A DNA stretch of 55,815 bases from Trypethelium eluteriae (GCA_051942245.1 JAVECL010000094.1:1-55815), one strand, 5' to 3'. Shown: positions 1-12,398, counted from the stretch's first letter. Translations and numbers: made by a program. Notes: generated by a model from the sequence alone, not told the origin.

Positions 1-1199
1 CCCTATATCCCCTCGCAAGCCCCTGGTCGGCAACTCCTCATCGGCACCAACCCCTCCCACCGCCCCACCCTCCGTAACTGCGCGGTCCGCCTCCACGCTC
101 GCCGTATGCACCGCCGCGCGCATCGCGACATCGCGGTCGACGACCTGGCCTGGGCGCGTGAGCTCGCGCGCCAGCTGCGCCTTCTCCTCTTTATCGCTGG
201 GGTTGACGAGGGTATCGTCGGAGGCCTTGCGACGGTTAGCCGAGGACGAAGAGCCCTTGGCCCCGGTGGAGGAGAGCAGTGAGTAGTAGTTCTGAAGGGA
301 GGTTGAGACGACGCGGTAGCCTGGACGCATGGCGGGAATGCAGGCTGCCGTGATGCCGACGGTGACTTCCCAAGAACGGAAGGCCCAGTTCGGCACGCTC
401 TCCCAGGTCGGGTCCTCGTTTTCGTTCTCCCAGTTTAGAATCGTGCGGACCATGCACAGGCCGGCGGTGCTGAGAAGGGTGAGGTGAGTCAGTGGAGGTG
501 TGAGAAGGGGAGGGAAAGGAAAAAGATGACTACTCACCAGAGACCGAGTGCCATGAGACTGCAGAGGCCGATTTTGGTGCGCCGTGAGATTTGGACATTC
601 CAGAGGAGGAGAATGGGGAAGAGAGCTAGTATGAAGTCGGAGATGATGGAGATGATAGCCTGGGAAATGATGATCCGCTGGAGCTGTGCAAAAGTAAAAC
701 AGGTAGCTGGTTTGCTGGTAATCCAAGCTGCTGGGACTGGCCAGCATTGAAAGATCCAGAGGAAGGTGAGTACTGCATTGCTAATGATCAAGGCACCAAT
801 AGTCCACTGAATCGGTCCTATAAGTCGAGTGTCTACCGGAAGCCGCAAAAGAAAGAAGCAAACAGACAGTTTATTGAACATCAGAGTCTGAAAGGTTTGG
901 ATCCACTCTACGTACGAGTATTTCTGAAATATGGAAAAGTCCGCTGGAGAGATATACTGCCTGTGTAATCCAAACCCATACTGGAGTTCGCAAATTACCA
1001 GAGCCATTCCAATGATATGGCCGCAGGTCGCCAGAACAATAGTATAGTCATCCCAGCCGATCTTCTTCACAATCCAGATCCTTGTGGTTAGACGTAAAAT
1101 TACTACAATCGATGCAACAACAATCGAACCAATGGAGTTGATCCATATAGCTAGCTGACGATTGTCCAGAGGATTTGGAGGTGGTTCTTGGCCACCCAT
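1..1199 (-). CDS. PTH11-like (rhodopsin-like, non-CFEM) integral membrane protein; 3' end runs off the window
   Basis: ATG at 1199 (MGGQEPPP). Hallmarks: LRLTTRIWIVKKIGWDDY, YGFGLH, KLSVCFFLLRL, IFQCWPVPAAW, SDFILALFP. Intron ~537-470 (GTGAGT...CTCAG) leads into TAGLCMVR...WEVTVGITAACIPAMRP, the typical last TM helices. Confidence 0.85.
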
Positions 1200-2559
1200 A
1201 ATGCCAATAATAAAGCCGGAAGAAAAGGTCAAACGTTAGAAGGACGGTAGTAGAGAGAATACAGACACGACTCAAGACTCGGTCGAGCCAGATCTCCAAT
1301 GAGGTCAACTAAGGGACCGATGGATGGGCTAGACTTGATTTTAAAAGAGAAGAAGAGAATATACTCCTTTCCAACTTTGCTCACTTACCCTAGAAAGGCA
1401 ACTGACAACTGTTTATAGGCGACTAGGAGCACAATGGTCGAGACTTTGGTCACGTACAGATCGCGATCGCATTTAGGTAGGTTGCACACCTGCATGCACA
1501 CCAAGATGGGAGATTTTCCTCTACATGATCGACATTGTTTGAAGATGCATAGGAGGCGGGAAGAAGGTTAAAGCCACTAGAGTCTTAACGTCATTCTTAA
1601 TTTGGAGAAAGCGATAGTCCTGCCAAAGAGTTCTAATTGGACATTTTACGACACACTCACCAGTATCTATCATCAATTTGGCTATCCCCCGCGGGGCTGG
1701 CACCACCAACAACCTAAGCAGCACTCAAGCCGCAGGCCGTCGCGATAACGTACTGAGCGTGCTTGTGGCTGTGATGCATACTTGGTCAATCGATTGACAT
1801 CTTGAAGAGCAACAGATTAGTCTTGCGCAGGGTAACCCGCTTGTGCAAGCCCTCAGTTGAGTTTGGCTCCCTGCCATTAAATCTTTCATTGGCTTTCGTC
1901 CCCGTCTGAAACCCTCTAGAGGAGATCAGCGTCAAGAACTGTGGAACTGTTGACGGCCTGCCGCACGCTGGTTCCAATTTTGCCAGAGCATCGATAGGGG
2001 AAAGATATACTAGTGGTATCGTGTGAATGTTCGATCTGGTATGGATACAGACGTCGTCTTGTTTGTTGGAAGTATGGCGGGTATGTCGGTAGCAGGCGTT
2101 CCCCAATGGATTCATCCCTCTAGGATACATGACGAGTATCTCAGAGAGCACTAGTTGGCATATGGCGCATACATTGGCAACGACTTGGCGGAAAGTTAAA
2201 GAGAAGGAACTCGACGCACGAGTTCCAGTGGTTCGGTAGCTTCGGTTGGAGATGATTCCAAAACTGGTGGTCCTGCACCGAGATGCAGTGCTTTTTGGAA
2301 GATAATCGGATCTTTATTGGAGAAAGCTACGGTTAGCGACTTATCTGCTTCATTAGTCGACGCCGACTTTGTTAGTTCTGTATCACAGCTCCGTAGCTGC
2401 TCGTGCTCAGCTGGTTCTTGTTAGTTCTCGATTCCGGTACGAACTTCGATCTCGGAGTCGATGAGCTCGCTTCTTAGTTGACGCATCTTTGTCATTGGCG
2501 TCAGGAATGCAAATATGCTTATCTCAGTAAACTCATCCTCCAGAATGTAGAATTCGATC

Positions 2560-3401
2560 AGATATCGTAGTTGGTGGCTGAGTGTTCTAGCTAGTTCTAG
2601 CTAGAGGTGGGTCCCTTTGCCGAGCTAGTTAGCTAGCTCTCAGGGCTCAGATCTCAGCCAATGAGAGCCTCTCGATCAGACTCTATATCCTAGAGTTTAG
2701 AGAGACTTATTCTCTCTCGCAGGTATGCACTTTGCCGTCCTAGCCTTCAGTTACAAGTCTTAAAGGAATATGCAATCGATATGTAAGTACCTGAACCATC
2801 TGTGTCTCTGCACAGGCCTAACTAGCCCCAGGGTTCTTCTTGAAATTAACCTCCAAAGACAGGCCCCAGAATACAATACCTACCTGCCTGCCTGCCTGCA
2901 ACTACAAATCGGATGATATAGAAGCTTGGCAGTAGGTTCCTCGGTAATTCTCGAGGCAGATCTCCAGGCGGACCCTACGCGTAGGTCTCTGACCTCTGCG
3001 CAAGGTTTTATCCCATTTGTCAGGAAGAATCCCCAAATCATCGGTATGACCTGCACTGGATCAACTCGCGACAGGCTCGAGTCCCATCGGGATTTCATTG
3101 CGTACCATCATCGATCTCCGTAGCGACAAGCTATGTGAAGCTTCAAATCAGTGAAAATTATCACTCACATAGCTACCAAGTCGCCGCAGAGCTTGTGCAT
3201 GAGTGCAATGTTTTCCTGTTCGTGAGCCGTAGACCGGATCAGCATACGATTCTCGATGCTTGGCCGGCTGAACGTCTTGCCGCTTTCGAGGAGCACCTCC
3301 GCCATCTAGCTACAATTACATCAGCTATAGGCATAGACCCTGACTCTACGCTTCTCCTTGCGTTGCAAATTCATGAGGACGATCGAGGTAGAAATCGTTG
3401 A
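2560..3401 (+). pseudogene. Possible degenerate spliced gene relic of unknown family
   Basis: A canonical intron (GTAAGT at 2783, CTAAC at 2818, CAG at 2831) is followed by stop-interrupted frames (VLLEINLQRQAPEYNTYLPACLQLQIG*YRSLAVGSS...; ORF 3135-3401). The 5' part (2580-2700) is dense in CTAG/TAG. Confidence 0.3.
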
Positions 3402-3518
3402 ACCGATGATTGAAAGCACAAAGACACCGAGCAATTCATTCTGTGCTAAGACCCCAAAATCTCCACTAGACAGTAGACCAGCGTTTGATCTTGTTCACAC
3501 AGCCGTAGCAGACCAAGA

Positions 3519-4112
3519 ATGGCTAGCATCAACGCAACGGATCAATATCCACTTCCAGTCCCTCAAGCACCTCTCCGCCTTCTGACAGGCAACTTGAGTG
3601 AGATTGTTCCAGTCTGGATCAACAAATCATTTTGGCGCCTTGCGAGCATCTACGGACCTACCTGCAAGCTTGACCTGGACTGCTGTAGTCCTCTTCAGTC
3701 ACGCGATGGTGTACAAGGCTTGCAGTGATGACGGTTCCGAGAAACTTGCTTCTGCACTCCAGCGAGAGATCAGAGCCTCGACTGGCGATAGATTATTCAC
3801 GGCCTTTGGAGACGAGCTTGTCTGTATGCCGCTATTCATTGATTCTACCTTTTTACCCATGAGACAGCAGAGTTAGACAAACGCTCAGCGGATTCTAATA
3901 CCCGTATTTGGTCCTTTGGCCATTCACAAAATGTTCATGCGGTTGATGGACATCGCATCTCAACTCGTTCTCAGATGGGACCGACGTGGGCCGGACAATG
4001 AGATTGAGGCTACGGGTGTTTTCACGATAGATCCCGATCTTTCTCGAGCCTTACGCCTAGACTTATATATTTCACACGTGCTTGCCTGTGATACAGTTGG
4101 TCTTTGTGCTGG
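3519..4112 (+). pseudogene. CYP505 (P450foxy-type self-sufficient P450) N-terminal fragment, pseudogene
   Basis: PLPVPQAPLRLLTGNLSEI...RLASIYGPTCKLDL, a frameshift near 3677, then REIRASTGDRLFTAFGDE. After a probable intron ending at 3870: S*TNAQRILIPVFGPLAIHKMFMRLMDIASQLVLRWDRRGP...DTVGLCA. This matches the CYP505 pattern DGLFTA..E.NW..AHRIL.P.FGPL.I..MF..M.DIASQL..KW.R.GP...LDT..LCA. No heme-Cys motif or reductase domain follows. Confidence 0.8.
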
Positions 4113-4967
4113 GGCATTGCATCGCCAGCATGCAGTAAACCTTAATGTCTCTCGTTTAAATGTAATACCTCGTCAAAGGACGAGTGCTTCGGCGCTGGGG
4201 TGGCAAATTGGAAGGCACAATCATGATCGTTCAAGTATTTCTTGCGTGTACGGTCGAAAAAGAGGAGAAAAGTTACGCTCGTAACTTGCCGGCCACTCAA
4301 GCCCTCTTGGTCATTAGTTGTCCAGAGCCAGTCGGGCTACACAGATAAAATACATGCTAGTTTGCTCTATCCGTAAGATAAGTTCTCAGTGATCATGCCT
4401 CTTTGTCAAAGCCGCCGCAAAGCGAGCGTTTCATACGACACCAGGACATGAAGCTTTCCCGAAGTGCCGAGATCCTTGGCGCTCGTTTGGCGGCGAGCTC
4501 ATCACAGGCATTAAGCCGAAGCAGAACGAGAGTAATCGACCACGGGAGCGGATTAAGATACGTAAGGTACCTAGGTAGGTAGGTTAGGCACCATTGCATC
4601 TATTGAGATCTGCTTGGAATACCTTGGCGGCCTCCGGGCGTGAGTGTTATCCTCAGGCAACTAAAAGTCTGCCTGGCCATGTTCGTTTTTGTCAAGCGTG
4701 AGTCCACTTATCGACTTTTAATTGGGCAAATGAGTCGAGTGACTACCGCTTGCTGTCAGATGCAGACCGCTTGAGATAGGCAATCCGCACTCAGGGAGGA
4801 CTTGCCTCCGGACAGCAGCAATGTATACACTAACTTGCACCCAACATTAGGATTCATCCCGAAATCATTTCTCTTACTCAAATCTATCTACATCGTTCTC
4901 GTGGTCAGGCTCATGGAACCAATGCTATGGCAACTTCCTGTTCATACCATTCGTGATTCTCCAATCC

Positions 4968-7900
4968 ATGGCGGAGGCGGTCGGCGCACTCGGCCTTGTG
5001 GCTTCAATCATTCAACTAAGTGACGCTGCCATCGATCTCTACGGATACTTGAGACATGTGAAGAACGCGCGGCGGGAGAAGTTCCAACTTTCCCAGGAGA
5101 CATCAACGCTACTTCCCCTTCTAGAAAATCTCCAACAGCGTCTTGAGGCTGCTGATCCATCTGATCCATGGATAACCAGTCTAGAAGCGCTTGGTTCGAC
5201 GTCTGCTATTTCCAAAGATTTCAAGACAGCTGTTCAGAGAATACTGAAGAAAGTCCACAAGGGCGACAGGTAGTTCAAGATGATTTTGAGGTACAAATTG
5301 TGGCCTTACTGAGTTTCGTTGCAGCAAACTGAAGTCGCTCTCGAGTCGTTTTACCTGGCGTCTAGACAAGGCTGAGATCCGCGATCTTCAAGCATCGATA
5401 GAAAGACTAAAGAGTCATGTCATACTCGCACTTGAAGGAGGTCACCTGGATCTGTCCAGAGCTATCAAAGATGACACAATAAATATTAAAAGAGTACTAG
5501 CCAACAGTGGTACAGTCTACGAAATGACTCGCGGCATAGTCAAGAGTGCTAGTGTTCTTTCGAAGAATACAGCTCAAATCTTAGCCGAGACTGAGGCGCT
5601 TCTTGCAATTTCCGAGACATCGACGAAGATCCACAAGAATACGGACAAGATTTCGCAAAATGCCGCTCAAATCCTCAGCGATACTACTAATATCCCACAG
5701 TTATGCTTGAATTCGCAAGCAATTGATGGTACAACTGGCCAAATACTTCAGATTCAAAATTCGGAAGCAGCTTTGAGGAGGCGGTCAGAGTTTCTTGAGC
5801 TGAGGCAGCGCCTGTGCCCTCTGGATTTTGGCGTACACTATACTAATGCAAGAGATCTTATCGCACCTGGGACTGGGCAATGGTTTATCTCTTCTGCTGA
5901 GTTCCGAATGTGGGCAAACAGGAGCTGCGGCACAATGTTTGCAACCGGTATTGAAGGTGCTGGAAAGACTTTGTTATCTGCTCTAAACGTTGACAAGCTC
6001 AAGCGATCTGTCACAACCCGTGCAGAAACCGTTCTCTTTGCATTTTGCAACTATCAGGAGCGTCAGAACCATACTGTCATGCTCTTTCTTGCTGGATTGC
6101 TCAAACAAGTCATAAGAGATACCCCTCAGGTCAGAGAGCTGGCAGATTGGTGCCATGGTGAGCGTACTCCTCCATCGTTATCTCTTATTAGGGATTTGCT
6201 CTACGCAGAAATGAGGAGATTCAAAAAAACCTACGTCATCATCGACGGCATAGATGAGATGAGATTTCATGTTCAGGAGAAGGGTATGCGTTCTCTGATT
6301 GCGGAGATAAGACGTCTGCAAGATTTCGCAAATGTATTTGTTACGTCAAGACCGTCGAATTCATTGGAGAAGGAATTTGACCAATTTCCTGGTATACTCA
6401 AGACTAGAAGTGAGGCTCAGAAGTCAGATATTGCAATGAGCGTGCAACAAGGCATGTTGGATCTTGCACCGTGTGTGCGTAAATCACCAGAACTTCAACA
6501 AGAGATCTTAGATACAGTTGTCGAAGCTGCCAATGGCATGTGAGTATTCTTACTTCTACAGACTTTACTTTACATTTACTCGGTGCTAAAAGGTTTCTGT
6601 ACGCGCGTCTTCAGATGGAAGACCTCGCGGACAAGTTCACGCCAAAAGAAGTCCGAGCTACCCTTAGCCGTATGTCAGATCCACATTTCACAGACGATTC
6701 TAAAGTCAAGAGCGCCTTTGATACTACCATCAGAAGGATTGGCGATCAGAGCAGGGGGCGTCGTGATTTAGCAATCCGTGTGCTTACCTGGGTAGTGTTT
6801 ACAGAGGCGTCGATGACGCTCCATGAGATTCAACATGCATTGGCGATAGAACCTGGAGACCCAAAGATTGATCTTCAGAGCCTCTATGATTCTGACGTCA
6901 TTACTGCTGTTTGTGGAGGCCTTGTCGGAATTGATGCCTCGACAAACCGGATTCATCTCGTTCATTATACCGCGCAGGAGTGAGATGAACAGCATCGACC
7001 AAAAGACGAAAGGGGGCTAATAGGGTATATAGGTACCTCTTTAGGAATAAGGACTCACTATTCCTGAATGCACAGCATTATCTCACGGAATGTATTCTAG
7101 CGTATCTTTCTATGGACATTTTGTGCGAAGCCTGTGCAGGGAGAGTCATGGACGAAGAGATGATTAACCAATTTCCTTTACTCCGATACGCTACTCTGAA
7201 CTTAGGCAAACCCACGATTGGCGACCCTGAGATTTCACTTCAGCATACTCTGCTCGAATATATCTGCAATGACAAGAAAAGAGATTTATTTTATGAGGTG
7301 CTCCATGTCGATAATCGCGAACACAATAGACGACAGCGATCCGCTCTACATCTCGCTGTAGAGCTCCGTCTTCATCAAACCGTCAAAATTCTGATCTCTA
7401 TGGGATGTGATATAACAGAGAGAGACAGCACTGGCTGGCAGTCGCTTCATATCGCGGCTGCTAATGCGGATAGTTCCATGTGTCGTCTCCTCCTAGGGCA
7501 TGGTGCCAATGCCAACGAATCTATCCTTGGACCAAGGTACGGGACTGCAATTCAGGCCTCTAAGCTCCGAGCTGGTGACGTCCACTTTACACCCCTTTCA
7601 ATCACGATAGGAGGCAGAGAGGAGATGCGAAAGCTAGAGACTGTTCGAGAACTGCTAGACTGGGGTGCAAATCCATCGGGAATGCTGCAGCAATCAGTTC
7701 GAGAAGGACAGGCTCAAGTAACATCGCTTTTGTTGCAACGGGTTGCATATTGCAGCAAAGTAGCTGCAGAAGGACATCAGCTTAATGACCTCAATGCTGC
7801 GGTAGTTGCAGCCGCGGAAAGAGGTGACATTGACCTTGTCCGGCAATTCATCAAGATGGGAGCCGACATTGAGGCCATGGCATCGTGTGGTGATACTGAA

Positions 7901-8470
7901 TTCACTGCGTCGATCTATTCTGGAAATGTCGAGTTGATGCAGGTGCTTGTAGACTTGGGCGCGAATACATCACCCTTGTGCCCACAAACTGAATGCAATA
8001 CAAATGAAAGAGCAACAATCACATGGCGATGGGCACGAGCGAGAGCCTGTCTTCGAGGCGAACTCAAGGTCGTCCTTTTACTAATGAGATTGGGTGCAGA
8101 CCCGCTACAGAAACTTGCTCCAATAGATTTCCTAGAAGACTGGCGGCGAGTGTCTATGCTGCACGCTGCGGCAATAGGCTACGAAATTACTGATCCGCGA
8201 GGCACAGGAGCCTCTCCGGAGGAATATAAATACCTTTTGCGCGCCATGACACATCATTTCACGGCTCAAGGGTGGCTGGAGCTCGGCGTTATGTCAAAAG
8301 ACTTTGGTGATAATATTTTTTTTGGTGAAGTCTTTAGGCAATTGATACAAACCGACCATGGCTCTGCGATATCCGAGCTAGAGAAACGTGCGATGCTTGA
8401 TGCATTCATGAAAGATGGCTTGCATGAACGTACAAAACCGAGGTCGAGCTTTCAAGTTATTTACGAGTAG
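4968..8470 (+). CDS. Fungal NLR-like STAND protein: HeLo-like/SesA-type N-terminal domain, NACHT NTPase, winged helix, ankyrin repeats
   Basis: Four exons (introns 5270-5324, 6540-6592, 6980-7032) splice in frame. N-terminus MAEAVGALGLVASIIQL...FTWRLDKAEIRDLQASIERLKS. NACHT: PGTGQWF, Walker A GIEGAGKT, Walker B VIIDGIDE, VFVTSRP, ANGMFLYARL, EIQHALA, CGGLV...LVHYTAQEY. Ankyrin motifs: SALHLAV, QSLHIAA..., LLLGHGANAN, GADIEA. Confidence 0.9.
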
Positions 8471-9143
8471 ACGATTTGGTGTCTTCGCTGCAGAGTGTGG
8501 AGGGTTGTCAGCGCACGAGACTTACTCTAGAGTGCTCAGTGATTTCTCGAACATTCTCTCGAGACGAGCGCATCATCGTGCATTGCTAGTACCTTACACA
8601 GAAGAACGGCAAAAGCGAAAGGAGCACATATTGACCCTTACATAGATGGACAGTTACAGCTCAGCTAAAAGCTTTGGTTTGGTCTCCTGATGGTCCCATT
8701 AAGCCCTCCTAGCTGATGAGACGATTTGGAGCCTGACTGTTTCTTATATAGAACAAGCGTATGCGGCAGTGAACAGGCACCATCTATTCTTGAGCCGTTT
8801 AAGCTAGATAATTGAAGGAGGCGCAGGAGATCTGGAGACAGGAGGGGATGATACATCGGAGAAGGGAGTCCCTCACGGGAAAAAAAGGCATCCTTTAAAA
8901 CAATACTTGCTTAGTCAATATTGGATTTTCTTAAATTATCACGTTTCGATTAATCAGAAAAATCTATGGAGCACTCGCAGGTTCTCGTGCTTCTTTGAAA
9001 GCTGGTGCTACCTAAGATAAGTTAAACAAAGGGGGCAACACAAGTGACGTCCATCATGCTGTGGCTGCAATCCCTGTCGTATCAGCACTTTGGCTAACTT
9101 AGATAGGTAAAGCTGCAAGGCTTCCCGCAGGCCCCTATGGTTT

Positions 9144-9175
9144 CCCCACCCAGCTGCCCCACATTGTTGCCCCGC
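9144..9175. promoter_or_regulatory. Cluster of three CreA/Mig1-type SYGGRG sites upstream of the DAK gene
   Basis: CCCCAC at 9144 and 9157 and CCCCGC at 9170, 150-180 bp before the ATG of a carbon-utilisation gene. Confidence 0.4.
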
Positions 9176-9324
9176 ATCGAGCAACGCGACCTTGTCACCT
9201 TCGTCGTCTTCGGGATTTGAGCCCTGCATTGAGATGATTTCGCATCTATCCCAAACTTAAACAGGTCGAATACAAATAGCTGACCTGAGACTGCCCATTT
9301 GGGCTGCCTGGAAATCTTGCCACC

Positions 9325-11149
9325 ATGTCCGCCAAGCACTTTATCACCGATCCAAATCACCTCGTTCGCACCGCGCTCGAGGCTTGCACCCGTACGAACC
9401 CTTCACTCGCTGTCGACCTTGACAACAAAGTCGTGTACCGAAAGCCTTCACAGCAGTCGACAGTCTCTATCGTATCGGGTGGAGGGTCCGGCCATGAGCC
9501 TTCTTTTGCGTCATTTGTTGGCGATGGGTTGCTTGCCGGAGCCGTTGCAGGCACGATATTTGCGAGTCCCGCAGCTGAGCAGGTGAGGCGGGCCATTCTT
9601 GACAGGGTTGATAGAAAGAAGGGTGTGCTGGTGGTGGTGATGAACTACACAGGAGATGTACTGAATTTCGGGATGGCAGTGGAGAAGGCAAGAGCGAGTG
9701 GAATCGAGGTCGAGATGGTAATAGTGGGGGACGATGCTGGAGTCGGCCGGGAGCGAGGAGGTAAAGTAGGAAGAAGAGGCATTGCTGGTACGGTTCTGGT
9801 CCAGAAGGCTGCTGGAGCGTTGGCAGCCAGAGGGTGCGTGCAGACAAGTCATGCTTCCATTTGGCTTCAAAGGATGAGGTCAACTGAACAACTCCAGCGC
9901 ATCCCTCAAAGACGTTCATCGTATCGCCCAACTCACAGCAGAAAATGTCGTATCCATTGGTGCATCCTTGTCACATGTACACGTTCCTGGTCGAGATCTT
10001 CCCTCAGCAAACGACGAAGACCTGAAGATCGACGAGGTCGAGATAGGCATGGGCATTCATAACGAGGAAGGGTCGGAAAAAATGACAAGCGATTTACCAG
10101 GAATGGTCAATACCATGCTTGCCCATATGCTCGATTCACAGGACAAAGATCGCGCCTTCTTATCCGTCCGCAGGAATGACGAAACAGTATTGCTGGTCAA
10201 TAATCTCGGAGGAGTCAGTCCCCTAGAGATGGGCGGTATCGCGAACGAAGTAATCGAGCAACTAGGGAGCGTCTGGGGAGTCAAGCCGGTGCGAGTACTT
10301 TCAGGAACTTATATGACCAGTCTGAATGGATTGGGATTCAGCATATCACTTCTCCGATTGGTAGACACGGGACTCGATGTCTCCATGTTGGATCTCCTCG
10401 ACGCACCAGCGGAAGCAACGGGCTGGTCAGCATCAATCTCCGCCAAGACTTGGGGAAACGGGTCTGAAAGTACCACGTGGGAGACGACCTCGGAGACTGT
10501 AGAGGCGAAACCCTCAAACTTCGAAATGGATCCTACACTCGCGAAGAAAGCTCTCATCCGCGGTCTAGACCGATTGATAGCGGCTGAGCCGGACGTCACA
10601 AGATATGACACAATCGTGGGAGATGGAGATTGCGGCATTGGTCTCAAGCGTGGAGCGGATGGAATCCTGAAACAGCTAAACAAGACATCGAAACAGCCTT
10701 CAGACGTTGCACTGTTCTTAGACAAGATCACCCAAGTTGTGGAGACAAATATGGACGGCACATCTGGCGCCCTTTACGCCATATTCCTCAACGCTCTTGC
10801 TCACGGATTTCGTCTGCAGTCACCCTCGTCACCCACACAAGTGACACCACAGATATGGGCACAGGCTTTGCAAACATCCTTGGAAGCTTTGAGCAGGTAC
10901 ACCCCAGCGAAACCGGGCGACCGGACCCTAATTGATGCTTTGCATCCATTCGTGGAAACTTTGAGCAGGACTGGCAACGTCAAAAGCGCAGTTGAAGCCG
11001 CCGACGCTGGAGCCAAGGGAACGAAGGGTATGAAGGCCAGCCTTGGAAGGACTGTGTACGTTGGAGGTGAAGGCTGGCAAGGCGTGCCTGATCCAGGTGC
11101 CTATGGGTTGAGCGAATTCTTGATGGGTCTAGGCGAGGGTCTAGGATGA
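9325..11149 (+). CDS. DAK1: Dihydroxyacetone kinase (DhaK+DhaL)
   Basis: SGGGSGHEP, NYTGDVLNF, VGDDAGVGR, GRRGIAG, GMGIHNE, VGDGDCG, GDRTLIDAL, PDPGA. One intron, 9834-9897. Confidence 0.95.
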
Positions 11150-11352
11150 GGCACGGGGAAGACGACTCTCTGGTTCGCTGTGCATTATGAAGAGGCCTCG
11201 GTGAGAGCCCAGAATAATTCGATGAGCTGTTCTTTTACTTTACAATCCAAGCGGCAGCTGTTTGAAGGATCTCGTTGGTTCGCTTTGTGCCTTGCGCCTT
11301 GCGCCTGATACGCCGGTACCCAATCGCCCAATGCTCACATCCCGCCTGGCTG

Positions 11353-11907
11353 CTAACTAAGTAGCACGAGAATAACCGAGTCTCCTCTCAAGAACCTAGA
11401 ATCTATATCAGCAGCTTTCATGGCAGCTCAGTTACTTCAACTTACAGCTTGCTGATGAAGCGGTCTTTGTTTACTTGCCTCCCTTTTCCGCCTCCAGCCA
11501 ACCTCGGTGTCTCAGTCCACATCTCCTTCACATTCTCCAGTACCATATTGCAATGACGATCGAAGGCCTTGACCCGGGCAAGCAACTTGCGATTATTCCG
11601 GCAGGATATTAGAACTTGAGTATGGCTGCGAACGGCGGTCTGTAAGATGGAAAGCGGGCCGGACGAGAACTCATGCTCCTCGACCTTCGCAATTTCGTAT
11701 TCACTAGACAATGGTCAATTGTTGTCACTCCACGCCACGACAGTCAAGATGAAGGTGTGGGTCCGAAGGAAGGTGATTTTGGGTCCTTCGAGCAAACGTA
11801 CTTGAGTTCGTGACGAGGCTTGTTGAGCAGCTCCCTAAAGATTATTAGTTTCTTTGGAGGTGGAGTGTGATTTGGTGCGCAGCATACTGAACATTGGTCT
11901 CCGGCAT
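11353..11907 (-). CDS. SMD2: Small nuclear ribonucleoprotein Sm D2
   Basis: Four exons give [22 protein letters not shown]...[48 protein letters not shown]...[20 protein letters not shown]. Confidence 0.95.
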
Positions 11908-11959
11908 CTTTGCGAATTGGCGGTCACGATTTTGATAGAGTCGCAATGACCGGACGTGG

Positions 11960-12294
11960 TTGAAATTTCGCGGTCACGAGCGAGCGCGTTGGGATCCGCC
12001 GGCAAAGCTTCGGGAAGATTCGCGTGCCTCTCCACCGTCACGTCGTCAGAGATGGCTCGTGCTTCAAGCTCCCACGCTCCATCTTTGCAATGCTTCTACG
12101 CGCGCACTTCTCCACCCACTTCCACAATTGACGGACTTCTCCCTAGAACTTTTGACGCGACAACACCCACGCTTTCTAGCTATTAGCTGGATCCACGGAA
12201 TACTTAAATCATTCAACACTACGAAAATTTATTACATCGTCCCTTCATTTGACACGCTCTTCTGTACAGCATATGGGCGTGACAATGAACGCGT
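11960..12294. promoter_or_regulatory. Bidirectional SMD2/ams2 promoter with MCB/SCB-like CGCG elements
   Basis: TTTCGCG at 11966, several further CGCG cores, and a perfect ACGCGT at 12289 in a ~490 bp head-to-head gap. Confidence 0.5.
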
Positions 12295-12398
12295 TAGGCG
12301 ACCGATAGCAGGAAGGCTGGACAATCGCTGAACAGCTTCCTTCCCTGAAGATCATAAGTAGCCTTCTCTTCTCCAGCAACTTCTAGCTGCAATAAGCA

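Noticed and set aside
1786..2340. Kinase-like fragments on the minus strand (ANVCAICQLVLSEIL)
   Set aside because: No HRD, DFG or APE motifs could be recovered in a consistent frame.
4561..4590. TAGG/TAAGG/TTAGG runs (also 28323, 44548) as telomere-like or transposon-end repeats
   Set aside because: Not TTAGGG arrays, with no paired TIRs or target-site duplications; common fungal intergenic microsatellites.
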